A stretch of 64,000 bases of DNA from NCBI GenBank assembly GCA_001179505.1, contig CDMY01000113.1:124001-188000 (forward strand), given 5' to 3'. Under the pieces are notes generated by a model, which saw only the letters and a program-made list of their open reading frames with translations, ran no database searches and was not told the DNA's origin. Both the position numbers and the translations under genes were made by a program. Of this stretch, positions 1 to 12,246 are shown in pieces (the stretch's first letter is position 1; every line of letters begins with the position of its first letter). This stretch comes from Vitrella brassicaformis CCMP3155. Its lineage: Eukaryota > Protista > Chromerida.

Positions 1-2185
1 TTCACCACCTCAAATCGCTCGGCGCCCTTGACACGTCGTGCCCAGAAACGGAGGAGACCCTCACCCCTCTGGGAGTCCTCTTGGGCACGGTGCCCCTGCA
101 CCCGCAGTTGGGGCTGACCCTCACCATGGGGCTGCTGGCTGGGATCATGCCCACATGCACCGACCTGGCGGCCATCCTTGGGTGGACGACCCCCTTCACG
201 ATGCCCCCACCCGGGCGGGAGGTGTTCGCCGACCAGGCACGGTGGAATCTGGCCGGGGGCGTCCTCAGTGATCACGTCGCCTATAAGTGAGTGCTGGTGG
301 GAAGGAGGAGGATGTGGGCGCCTTCTCCATTTGTGTGTATTGGTTGATTTGTTGGTTGGTTGGCTGGCTGGTCGTTGCAGGCGTCTGTTGGAGAGTTGGA
401 AGGAGTGGGGCAGCCAGAATGTGGGCTACTTCTGCAGAGAGTTCTTCGTCTCCTCGACAAACCTCAGGTGACCCCCGCCCCCACACACACTCCGTGACGC
501 TCATCAGCACCAATCCATCTGCGTGCATCTGGCTGCTCAGAGGTGCCCGCTCCTTGTCGAACCAGCTGGACGACACTTTCCGCAGGATGGCTCCCTACCT
601 CTGGTCCACATCAAGCAACCCCTCACAGCGATCATTCAGCAACCGCAACGAGCAGCCCAACCAACGAAACATCGACCCCAGACAGCGTGACTTGCCGATG
701 CGGCTTCCCTCACCCAACGAGCTGCTGCTGTCGTCGGTGCTGTGCAAGGCCCTGTTCGTGAGTGCGTGTCGGACTCACGTGAGCAGCAAGAAGCGCTACA
801 ACGTGGTGGGGCTGTACTCAGCCCAGCGGCAGAAGCTCGAGTGTCACCCGTCCAGCGTGTGTGGGGGCAAGAGGAGCCAGGAGATGCCCCACTGCTTCGT
901 CACGGTGGGATTTGAGGTGCTCAAGTCGTCCAAGGCATTTCTCAGAGACGTGACGGTCGTCAGCCCCGCCCTGTACGGGCTCACCTCTGCTGGTGAGAGG
1001 CGCAGAGATGAGATGAACCCATGTTGGCATGGACTATGTGTGTCCATCTGTCTGTGGCCAGGTCTGACCAAGGAGAAGCCCGATCGCATCCGTCTGGACA
1101 TGGTGGGCATCCCCGTCCCCATCCGCGGGCAGCCGGCCTTCTTCACCCAACAGATCCGCCGCGCACTCGACCGGCTCATCAATTACTTCATCATGCTGCT
1201 CATCTCCCCACAGCTCATTAAGGGAGCCGTCCACGCGCCCATCCATGACGATACCCAGATGGCGTCATCAGCCCCACCAGTCGCACCCACTTGCCCTCTC
1301 GTCAAGGTCGGCTCCCTGACCGAGGCTGACCGCGCTCAGGCCAGCAAGACCATCGCCGATGCCTTTGATGCGATCGCCCGCCATGCCTTCATGGTGATGC
1401 ACCCGAAGGGCCGCAGACCAGATCGCGATCTGGTGGATGACGACGTGATGATGATGCCCGGCAAGGACGACAGGAACCAGCGGGGCAAGAGGGGCCGGCG
1501 GGGCAGCCGCGAGGACCGGCGGCAGTCGAGGGGAGGGGATGGCGCCGGGCTCACTGACGAGCAGAAGGAGCTGCTCGACCTTGCGCACCGAGAGCGGCGC
1601 TACAGGCACAAGCCACACGGCGACTTGGGCGACTTTGACGACGAGGAGAACGAAGACGACGACGACAGAGATCTGGAGCCCATCTGGTGGAAGTTCGCTG
1701 CGCGGGGTCGCGCGCGCAAGTATGGCCAGCAGAGCTATCGGGGGCACATGCGAGGCGGGCGGGGGAGAGGCCGTGGGAGGGGGAGGGGCAATGGGGGGAT
1801 GCGACTCGACGAGTATGGCGAAGGAGATGGAGGCATGGACGATTTCGAGCTGCAAGAGGACTTCGCCGAGGACGGGTCGCCCTCATCCAGCAGGATGTAC
1901 CGGTGAGCAGACGACATCACGACACAAAGCCAGCACCCCACACAGGTTGTGACTGTATGTTCTTCTCTTCTCTCTCTTCACTTCACCAGCCATCGTCGGC
2001 AGCGGCAGAGTCTGGATGCGCCTGACAGCTCGCCGGGCCCCATGTTAGTGGAGCGTCCCTCTACGAGCGACGGTGTGAGCCGCTCGAGGCCGGCATCGGG
2101 TGTTGACGAGCCAGACGAGGATGAAGAGGAAGAAGACGAGGGCGAGGAGGAGGAAGATGAGGAAGCCGGTGATGTGTTCTGGTAG
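1..2185 (+). CDS. DEAH/RHA-family RNA helicase, C-terminal part (HA2 + OB-fold, RGG/acidic tail); 5'-truncated by window edge, multi-exon
   Basis: Exon 1 reads LTPLGVLLGTVPLHPQLG...SDHVAYK (HA2 pattern). A later exon reads CHPSSV...KSSKAFLRDVTVVSP (OB_NTP_bind pattern). GT-AG introns at about 287-380, 468-540, 993-1061 and 1903-1990. The tail is RGG- and acid-rich. Confidence 0.8.
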
Positions 2186-2486
2186 ATAAATAGATAGCTG
2201 GATCATGTGATGGCATTATAGCTGGAGAGTGTGCGTGCCGGTTTTGTGACTCGTCGGTATGCATGCCGCAATTTTCGTCAAACCATCGCCTAAACTGTCT
2301 CAGTGCTGCTGCTCGATGCGTGAATTTGTGGATTTGCCATCACGCCTTGGCACAATGGATTCGATCCACTCCCATCTGCGAGCTATTAATCGCAGATCTG
2401 AGCCGAGGGAGGCGTTTCCAGGCTATCGCCGATGCTAACGCAGCGATGAACTGTATCGTGACGAAGATCTCGTCATCATCGCATCG

Positions 2487-3251
2487 ATGACGAATCACGC
2501 CGAGGAGCAGGAGCTGGAGGTCGAAGCTCTCGAGTCCATCTTCCTCGATGACTTCGAGAAGATCTCAGCCACCGAGTTCTACCTGCACCTGGTCCCTGAC
2601 CCGAGCGCACCGCCAGAAGAGAACCACGTCAAGGCGACGCTGCACGTCACCTACACGCCCACGTACCCCGACGACCCCCCCTGCTACTCTATCAAGGCGC
2701 AGAAGGGCCTGGAGGGGCGGCAGATACAGGCCATGAAGGACCTGGTGGAGCAGGAGATCGACAACAACCGTGGCATGGTCATGATCTACACCATCGCCGA
2801 GGCGCTGCAGAACTACCTGAGGGAGAACAACAAGCCGCAGCTATCCATGCATGAGGAGATGCTGCTCAGGAAGACGGGCGATGACGCAGATGCCGATAAG
2901 GAGAACGGCCCGACCGACACGGCAGATGGGGAGGGACCTCAGCCCGAGTTCAAGGGCCTGGCGGACAAGGTGCTGTGTCGGCCGGATGAGCGCGTCACCG
3001 ACGAGCAGTTCGCGACGTGGAAGGCATCGTTCAAGCAGGAGATGGTGGCTCTGGGCTACTGGAAGGTCGACACCAAGGCCGACCGGCTGACGGGCAAGCA
3101 GCTGTTTGAGAGTGATGCCACTCTCAAGGATTTCGACGAGGAGCTTCCCGAGGAGGATGACCCCAACGACATCCGCAAGCAGGTCTTCAATGAGAGCGTC
3201 TTTGATGAGGAAGACGAGCTCAATGAAGATGACTTGCTAGAGGACGACTGA
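2487..3251 (+). CDS. RWD domain-containing protein (RWDD1/Gir2-like, DRG partner)
   Basis: Intronless 254-aa ORF with EQELEVEALESIF, YPDDPP, GMVMIYTIAEAL, SMHEEM and LTGKQLFESD, plus an acidic C-terminus. All are typical of the RWDD1/Gir2 family. Confidence 0.88.
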   Translation: MTNHAEEQELEVEALESIFLDDFEKISATEFYLHLVPDPSAPPEENHVKATLHVTYTPTYPDDPPCYSIKAQKGLEGRQIQAMKDLVEQEIDNNRGMVMIYTIAEALQNYLRENNKPQLSMHEEMLLRKTGDDADADKENGPTDTADGEGPQPEFKGLADKVLCRPDERVTDEQFATWKASFKQEMVALGYWKVDTKADRLTGKQLFESDATLKDFDEELPEEDDPNDIRKQVFNESVFDEEDELNEDDLLEDD

Positions 3252-3534
3252 AAGAATGGCTGATGTCGATGTGGTGCACTGAGTGTTTCCAGTGCTTGCC
3301 TTCATTCCTGTCGGATTTTGTTTCGATTGAGCTTTTGAGACTGCAAATATATGCGATACGTTCTTGAACAAATATGATGCCGGTCTGCCCTTGATGTACT
3401 CACACGCACACACATCGACAGACAGACTTGCTTACCACCCTCACCCATGAGCCAGCGCCGCACATTCAACAGACGCATACAACAAGGTAGCAACGACTCC
3501 CGTACCCATACACAAATACCAGTCAGCCCAGCAG

Positions 3535-6500
3535 TCAGTGCCTGTGTGCCTCTCCCTCGCAGCCCTTCTTCTTACAGCCCGCTGCCATCCGGGCCCTCCT
3601 GTACATATCATTGACTGCGATATCAACGAAAATCGACGGCACATCGTCCACTGGGGGCTGAGACCCAAACACGGATGGTTGCGAGGCAGCCACGAAGGGC
3701 GCAGGGGTCATGTAAGGGGAGGGATGCAGCGAGCGGTGGGATACGGTGTGCCGGGAGGCGAGGCCGCTCTCCGGCGCAGAAATGGGGAGGAAGACAGGGT
3801 CGGGCGGCTGGGGTCGTCGCGGCCATCGCCGCCTGAAGCCTGGATGCGGCAACGTCCGGATGACCTGCTTATATCTGTCCTTCCACTTGCCCTTCTCGAC
3901 CACCACGTCAGTCACGACGGCCAACTCGAACTGCCAGGGTGGAGGGCTCCTCTTGTGCCTTCTGCCGCGCGCAATCCTCGCCTGCGCCGTCTGAGGCCTC
4001 GATCGACCCCTTCTCCTCCTCGTCCTCTCAGGTGTCTCCCGTCTCTCGTCAGCGGTGCCTCTCGGCCTGTGATTGTCGGTGTTTCCATAGACCTGCTCGA
4101 TGGCGGCCGCTTCTGGCTGCGGGGCGGGGGCCGGTTGGAGCACGTGCACGAGATGGTGTACGCCGGGCGTTGATGCGATGATCTGCTCCAGCTCGGGGGG
4201 CAGCATGAAAGGCGGCGGGTACATCGAGGGGTCCATCACGGGCAGCGGGTGCACATCGAAGTCAAGATGCTCGTCTCGGTCCTTCTTGTGCAGATATCTG
4301 GTGCCCGAGGAGGCCTCTGTTGGCCACTGATATGGCATGACGCCGGCTCCGTGGGGCAGAGGTACATACGTGCCGGTGTAGCGCATTGGGCTGGTTGGCG
4401 GTGGCGTGGGAGGGGGCGACGGGGGGACGGGAGTGCGGTGGTGGGCGCTCTGGATCATTGCGATGTGTCGTTGGACCTCGTGAACCTTGTGCAGCATATC
4501 ATACACCTAGACACCACAGAGAATGAGACATACGTCACTGATCGTTCCATGCTCGCTGTGGCGGACCAGCGAGGCCGATGATGGCTGCTTTCTCAGGATT
4601 TTGCCCCCAGTAGTCGCGCGTCTGGTCGGGACAGGCCCTGCCGTCTTGGGACGGGCCATCGAGATGCGATCCTCGAGTCGCATCTGTGCCTCATCCACAG
4701 GCAAGCCTTCAGATGCCCGTGAGGGGCTTCGCCGCATCACTGGCTCGTCTATGACCTCTGGCTCGGGTGGAGGGGCGGGCAGAGCGGGGACAGATGCCGA
4801 TGTCTCTAGTCGCTGCGACTCCACTTCCACGGTGGGTTGCTCTGGCTCTTCTGGCGGCGCCGGTGGCCCGGGTGGTATTTCCACTCGTCCGATCGACTTG
4901 CCGGTGTCGGTAGGCGGTGGTGACACGGGCGCACTCGGCTCCTCCCTCACAGGCTCTTCCTTGGCCAGGTTCTCTTCTTCCTCTCGGCCTTCCTCCTCTT
5001 TTGTCTCAGGGACCGTCACCTCAGCCGCAGACGTCTCTTCATCCTGCTGCCGCGAGACTTCGCTGTATGGAGTCACGGCTTCACTGTATGGAGTCACGGC
5101 TGTCCAATCGGTCTGAAAGGTCGCCCGTCTCTCCTGGAATGCTTCCGGGGGCAGAATCGGGGGCTCGTGTACTGCTGGCGGCAGCTCGACCACAGCCGGA
5201 GTTTCTTCTTCGCTTCTCTCAGATGCGGGGGACAGGTCGCTGCCCTGCTGAATCACGTCTTCGAGTCTTTGTATGGTGTCCATGCTGACACTCATCTGGC
5301 CGTGGGGGTCGCTGATGAGAATTCGTAGAGGGGCGGGGACGGCTTCAGGAATGGCATCAGGCTCTTGACTCTCTTCCACCGTATCGATCGTCGGTCCAGG
5401 TGTTTCCGGCATGCACCCTGCATCCTCGTCGTCTTCTTGTGTCTCCACCTGGGGGGCAATTGGCTCCACCTTCTCTTCCTCGACAGGCCCTTCAATCCCT
5501 CGGTCCTCTTCAGTCGGGACCCCTGGCAGCTCCTCGTCCGCGGGAGGTGCCTCTGGCGTCTCTGTCTTGTCCTCTGCTGGCGGCATCTCTTCTGTTTCTT
5601 CAGCTGGGCCTGGTGCCTCGAATATTGCTTCCGAGGGCGGCTCGGAAGGAGGAGGCGATTCTTTCTTCTCTTCTTCTTCCTCTTCCTCCTTTTCTGCAGG
5701 CAGCTTCACCTGCTCAGAAGCAGCAACCTCGGCCTCCTCACCTCCAGCAGGATGTGGCTCTGGCGCAGCCGGAGAAACGTCTTCCTTCGGCTGGGTGACA
5801 GCCTCAACCTGCTCTGTTTTCTCTTCTTCCGGTGGACGTTCCTTCTCAGCTTCGCGTGGGGGCTCTGGGGTGGGCGCAGGGGCTGACGGGGGTGAGGGAG
5901 GTGCGGGTGGCGGAGTCGGAGCGGGTGAAGGAGAGGCAGGCTCCGTCGGCCGGGGAGATGGCGGCTCAGGGCGAAAGGCAGCAGGAAGTGTTGAGCTGAG
6001 GCGCCTTTCCCTTTGCTCCGTCACCTCGATGTTGCACTTCTTCAGGGCTGTTTTCCATTTCCCTAGGACTGTCGTGAAGTCGCTGCCCAGAGTGGTAAGG
6101 GAGCGGCGCATCTCAGGAGCCTTGTGGACTTCAAATTGCAGCGCAACAGCAGCCTGACAACGCGAATGACGGACAGTGTGCTTCTTGCAACGAGTGTAGG
6201 ATCCAAGCTCACCCGATCTGCAGCATAGAACGTCATGATAGGATATGTATCATCCCGGAGGGTCCTTTTGAGCTGCATCGAAGGTATATTTGCGCACTGC
6301 TCTTCCCACAACAGCTCAGGGGAAGCCAATTGCCTCAGCCGGGCGCCTTTCTCGCTGTCGTCTTCATCGTTCTCGTCTTTCTGTTCCTCTTCCTCTCCGG
6401 ACACAGCGAACGACACTCGTGGGCGAGGCGAAGCGGATGAATCTGCTGCTCCCTTCGGTATGGCGATGGTGACACGACGGCTCCCCGCCCGCTCGAAAGG

Positions 6501-7595
6501 CGCAGACATGGACGGCGAATCCGTATGGAGCTGCAATTGCACACAGACGACACCATGTCGATCCGGCAGAAGCCCCCGATTCACCCTTGTCCGTAACCCG
6601 GTACCTGAAGCCTGTCTTCCTGCAGCGTGAGACACAACAGCCCCCCGAGCTGAGGATCACCCTTGCCTTCCACTTTATCCACAGGCCCGTCGATCACCCT
6701 GCCCCACCCCTCCGCCAGATAAGTCACTGTCTCGGGTGCCCCGCGGGCAGGGCTGCTCGGCACAGACTTCGCCCCAGAGAGAGACGCAGGTGTGGAGACG
6801 GCGAGCGCCGGTTTGCTCTCTTTTTGAATCCGAAACAGGGTTGACTTTCTCTTGGCTCTGCCGACGATGGCTTCGCTGGCTGGCGTTTTGGGGGTAAGGG
6901 GCACGGCCACAGTGGGGGTCATCCCGGTCACAGGGGCGTCGGTCTTGAGCTCGCTCAGCTGACCAACAAAGAAAGGGGCAGGGGGATTGGGACTTCGTCT
7001 GCTGCTTGCTTACTGTGACGTGGTCGAGCTTTCTTATGGCCCTCCTGGCTTTATTGGCTTCTATATACACCTCAGCAGTATCAAAGGTGGGGCCTCGTTG
7101 AATCGTCTTGAGCACAATGCTGCTCATACAATGCAAACAGGACCCATGTTCAGTCCCTCGCGGACGATACACACACTTACAGCTCGGCTTCTTTTGTCTG
7201 GAACTCCATAGACATCGGACACTGGTACGGCGTGCGGACAAACGCTCGCAAGAACGTCGATGTCGGCACGCGCCGCACCTCTCTCGCCCCTTCTCCCCTT
7301 GGCAAGAATGACCTGCAGTCACGAACAAATCGAATGAGAGAGAGACTCCCGCTGCGTCTCTTTTCCTTCATTGTGGCGCTCACGAGGGGCTGAATTTCTC
7401 CGTTTGGCTGAATGATGGCGGTGCATTGCCGTGTGCTGGTGTGTTTGGAGAGCTCTTGCTTGTCCCCGGTAGCGAGATGACGAGCTCCTCCTTCGTGAGG
7501 GTGATGAGGTGCGGAACCCCTTCATATTCATACATGCCCTCCAGAAGCGGCCTGCCGTCGGCAGTGCCGCCTGGTGTGCTGACTGCAGATATCAT
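3535..7595 (-). CDS. Large hypothetical protein, Pro/Glu-rich low complexity, multi-exon
   Basis: Long ORFs 4507-6111, 3535-4506, 6063-6635 and 7380-7595 are joined by GT-AG introns (e.g. about 7383-7314, 6214-6154, 4533-4507). No recognisable domain. Confidence 0.6.
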
Positions 7596-7852
7596 TGTCG
7601 TTTCCTGTTTCTTGAGCCTGAGACTCAGTGCGCGCTTGCCGCCAAGACGCCCCCCCAAAATCGATCGGGGAGAGAAGGGGAGGATTCCCACTGTCAACAA
7701 TGCGCCACTTGTGGCTCTACACCCAAGCCACAGTTGAAATCTTGCGGTGACGTGCTTTCGCAAAGCCCCGAGCAAAACCTACGCGGAGTCAGCGCCCCCT
7801 GACCACCTCAGAGCACCGTGAGTAACAAGGATACAAAGAAGGCACCACCACC

Positions 7853-9778
7853 ATGCATGTTGCTCTGCGGTGTGTCCAGGTGGTGTTTGCAATGGTCCCG
7901 TCAACGCCGTCAGCGCCGCAGCCGGGGATCCTGCTCGCCCACCTCGCGGTGGAGGTGGCTATCGTGAGCTCTGCAGTCACCCTGCCGACAATATTCCTGC
8001 CCCACTACATCAGGAACAAGTTTCGAGTGTCCGAGTACCAGGCGGTCGGCGCCCTCCTCCTGTCCACATACCCCCTCTGCGAGTTCCTCGTGGCCCCTCT
8101 TGTCGTCACCTTTGCAAAGGCATGCGGCCGGCTACCCCTCCTCTATGTCGGAGCCTTCCTGCACGCAATCGCCACGCTTCTCTATGGTGTTATGGACTAT
8201 ATGGTGCCCGATGACGACCCCAGGCAGCTTGTATATTATTTTCTGCTGGTCTTCTGTATGGCTGTCGGTGCGACAATGGCAATCACGATGTTCACGGCTG
8301 AGACCATCGATGCCTTCTCCAAGAGGGCCACAAATCAGGCGATGGGCGTGAGACAGGCGGCACTATCTGCTGGGGCACTTCTCGGCATGCCTCTTGGCGG
8401 CCTACTATATGACATTGGGGGTTTCATGGGGCCGTATCTGTTTGTCTGCTCTTTCTCGCTGGTGTCCGCTCTGCTTCTGCCATTCACAGTGGGCCTGCCA
8501 AGCTCCTCCAAACAATTCCCCGACTCTCCTCTTCCTCGTCCCTTTGAGAGTCGCGTCATATTCAGGACTCCCTGCACGACACGTCAAAAGAATGGAGACG
8601 AGGACCCGCGACAGATCAAGTCGGATGGAGAGGAGCCGGACGGCTTTGCCAAGTGGTACGGCTATAGTCCCGGCGAAGGAGACACGGATGCCGTCATGGA
8701 AGTGGCGACGGAACACACGCCCATTCTCCGCTCGCGTGGGTCTCCTCGCGCTGATGAGGACTCATGCACACCAGCAAGCGGATCGGAGGACGAGAGAACG
8801 AGGAACAGCACTGGCCGTGCTTGCCGTGCTGCGTCGACCGTGACGGTGTCCTCGAGTGCTCTGTGGGCCCTATCGACACTCAACGACCCGTGTGTGATAG
8901 TTGGATGTCTGACGGCGCTAATGAATGGCTTTGCAATGTCATTCTACTGCCCAATCATCGGAGAGCCGCTGTTTCAGTCGTTGCAGACCTCCTCTCATCT
9001 CAACGTCGGCTCACTCACCTGCATGTGAGTCAGAGAAAAGAAGAAGAATCTGAAGAAATCAACAGACGCTGCATTTTCCTGCCCCATCTTCCGCTTTCAG
9101 TATTGTCTTTGCCCGTCTCGTATCGTCTTGGCCCGTGGGTGCCCTGGCAGATCGCATCGGAGGCCTGCCCGTGCTCACATCAGGATACATCGTCACAGGT
9201 ATCGCCTATGGCTCTTTCGCATGCTGGCGCCAAGGCATCCAGTGGGCAGGGCATCCTACCGCCGTCGGTCTGCCGTCAACCACGAGGAAGCTGGTGATGA
9301 TATCCGTATCGGTCTTATCGCTCGGAGCGCTCGGTGTTGGTCTTAGTCTCATTGCAACCCCTTGTCCGGTCGTCATTCGGGATTTCCTCCTTCGCGAGGG
9401 GCTACGTCAAACGGAGGCCTCCATGCTCACGGCTTCATATGAGTGGGGCATGGTCGCCTTGGGCGCTTCGGCACGCTTGCGGGAGGCGGTATAGAGATGG
9501 TCGCCGGCTTCACTGGGGCAACGGCGACGTGTGGTCTTGCCATGTTGCTGTATGGGTTGTTTTTGGTGTTATTTTCCTCGCGAGTGGCCGACATGAAAAG
9601 TGAGCTGCCGCAGACGTATGAGAGGCTTGATGCATTGCAAAAGGGCGCAGATAAGCGTCATTGGCTGGAGCGTGAGGGGACGGGATCCACTTATGGATCT
9701 AGTGCGCACGCGTCATATGATTCGCTCGACTCATCTGCTGCCATAGGACAGGGGGACAGAAGCGGTGGAGGGGCGTAA
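7853..9778 (+). CDS. Major facilitator superfamily transporter (SLC18/DHA1-like); apparent 1-nt frameshift near 9465
   Basis: Multiple hydrophobic helices, MFS motifs (FAKACGRLPLL; GALLGMPLGGLLYDIGGF; GALADRIGG) and a long central loop. Intron at about 9025-9100. The last helices need a frame change at about 9463-9470. Confidence 0.78.
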
Positions 9779-10659
9779 AAGGGAATGGATGTTGCTTCTG
9801 ACGTCTCTGTGTGCGTGTTCATCTGCATGTACTGTACACGCCTCCATCAATCGCATTGTGTACACCTGGCGAGCTAAGCTTGCCAGGACGAAATTCTCGC
9901 CGCGAAAAATTCTCGCCGTCTCCCGGAGACGCTACGGAAAAATGGTGAAAAGACAGGATGGACAATTTCCCGCCACCACGTCTGCCCGCCTTGGCTTTTC
10001 CAACGCTCCTTCTCATTCGTTTCGTTTGTCGGATCCATTTTTTTTTTGGTCGGATCAGCATCTCCCCCCCATCAGCACCCCACCTCGCCGTTGCCGGCGA
10101 CTGACGCGGCGACGCCGTACCGACGTTGCACCTACCCGGCGGAAATCGCAACCCTGAGCGCGTGTTGCTGCGAGGACCTGTCCACGTTTCGTCCATCGAC
10201 GGAAGAAGAAGTAAGTTGTGCCACGTCTCTTTCATTCAAGTCATCGGAGTGTGCGCTGATGCAAAACAACAATTCTCTCCATTCGTTTCGTTTTGCATCA
10301 GCGCTCCTGTCCTCGCCGTTGCCGCGACCGACGCCGCACTGTGAGTTCGCACGAGCACAACCCTGTGTGCCATAATCAGTGTACTCTGTGTGCTCTGTGT
10401 GTTGCAGCCTACAGTACTGCTGCACCAGAAAAGGTTGGCGTCGTCACATCCCATCTTCTGTAAGGAGGAAAAGCAACCTGCTGGCGCCGCCTTTTCCTTT
10501 CAATCGCATTCGGGCGGTTGTGGGGTGGCTGTGTGTACATCAGGGTCGGCCACCAAGCCATGCAGCAGGGATAAAGTGACGCAAGCAAACAGAATACACT
10601 GCCCTGCCTCTCCCTCTGTGTCACATGTCTGCTCAGGCCTATTCAGGCCACGGCCTTGT

Positions 10660-11483
10660 ATGGGCACTAGATCAAAAGAACTCGAGCACTCTACGTGCCC
10701 TGCCGGTGCCGGGGGATGGCCGTCGCACTGGCCGTTGTTGAGGGACGGGGGGGACCCTCGGGCGTTCATCAGGGCCTTCGAGAAGCTCTGGAAGGAGAAC
10801 CCCGAGGTAGGCAGGCGGGCTGCAAAGTGGAGTCTTCTGTCTGATGCCTCTGATGTTCTGGTGCAGGAGTTCGACCTGTGGGTGCAGAGGAGCGGCGGCC
10901 TCGGCATCCTGCTGGAGGCGGAAGCGTGGCTCGCCGACGTAAGTGACGCATGCGAGAGCTTCTACAATGGAAACCTCATCCGTGGCACACTGTGTAACGC
11001 TGTTTCTCTGCTGCTGCTGTGTGTCTGGTACAGCAAATCGCCAGGGAGGCGAGGGCGGAGGCCAAGGAGCTGGCGGCCAAGGCTGAGGAGCTGATGGCCA
11101 AGGCCAACGAGGCCACGGCCAGGGCCGCGGAGGCGAGGGCCATCAAGCAGGGTAACACCATCACCGGCACCGGCACCATGGCCCGCCCTGCTGGCCCTCA
11201 CACTCCCGCCGCCTACTCGCCGCCCCAGCCCATCTGCTACTACCACCTGCCCCCGGTCCAGCCCAAGGCGGCGGTGCTGCCCATGGAGTTCACGGCCTGG
11301 GGGTCGGTGGCGGTGAGGGGTCCGCCTCCCGTCTCCTTCCACGAGGAGGGGTGGTACCCCCTCCTGTGGGAGTGGGACGTTCAGGAGGGGGTGTGGAGGG
11401 TGAGGGGCGCCACACAGGACTGCTGGATGCGGTGCGTGAGCGGCTTCTGGTTCGGGCTGTGGGGGCTGGCTGGGGGGAAGTAA
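10660..11483 (+). CDS. Hypothetical 3-exon protein, divergent relative of the tandem family at 15-18 kb
   Basis: Exons DPRAFIRAFEKLWKENPE | EFDLWVQRSGG...WLAD | QIAREARAEAK... are joined by two phase-0 GT-AG introns. Ala/Lys coiled-coil-like stretch and Trp-rich tail. Start uncertain. Confidence 0.55.
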
Positions 11484-11759
11484 TCTCGTCTGTTCTGTAT
11501 GGCATGACTGGCTGCCTGTCTGTCTGTCTGTCTGTCTGCATTTTTGCCGTGTGTCCCATTGGGGTTTTCTAATGGGTGGACTTTTCTAGTTGCCATGTGC
11601 ATTCCATTGCGTTGCATTTTGTGGTGACGGCAACAATGGCAGGCGAGGGCGTGCCACAGCGTTGCTGGAGAGGCAGGGCGACAGAGGTGAGACGCATAGA
11701 CTCACCACTCACTTAGGAAATGACGTTGTTGTGTCTCGTGTACACGCAGGCTGTTGCCG

Positions 11760-11780
11760 ATCGCCGCCTACATTTTATAT
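11760..11780 (+). other. Dispersed 21-nt motif ATCGCCGCCTACATTTTATAT (copy 1)
   Basis: Identical to the copies at 18050 and 20116. Confidence 0.85.
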
Positions 11781-12246
11781 TCCGGTGTCTCATGCCCTGT
11801 ACGACCTCCCGTTGCCCGACAGCGCTGTCTGTCTGGCTGTCTGTCTGACTGACTGGCTGAGTGATGTGAAGGGCATGCCTGTCCGTCTGCCTGCCCGTGT
11901 GCCTGTCCGTTTTCATTTTTGCTTTGTGTTTCAGTGTGGCCCCTCACCCCCACCCTCGCCACCACTACTGCCAGCTTCTCCGCCGTACGACCACCCCTAC
12001 CACCCCCATACAACAACAGCATCGCCTGCAGCAGCCTTCATGTCAGCAGCCAGCGCACTTCCCTGTCAGCGCACACCCCTGTCAGCACCGATCGAGCTCA
12101 TCCATGGGGCGCTTCCGAGCCTCTCATCGTCAGGCAGCAGGGGGGGTAAGTCCATCCACACACTGCCCCACACGCCAACACACACCCCGCCCTTCCATCC
12201 ATCGACTCTGTGTGTGTGTGTATGTATGTGCATGGTGCGAATCCAG

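Noticed and set aside
5060-5102. 21-bp direct repeat (also the 24-bp repeat at about 45063-45110)
   Set aside because: In-frame coding micro-duplications (AVTPYSE x2; HMESEVS x2) in low-complexity regions.
3538-6157. Long antisense ORFs (3538-4173, 4523-5116, 5411-6157 and similar ones elsewhere)
   Set aside because: These are shadow ORFs expected opposite GC-rich coding sequence. They are Ser/Gly low complexity with no motifs.
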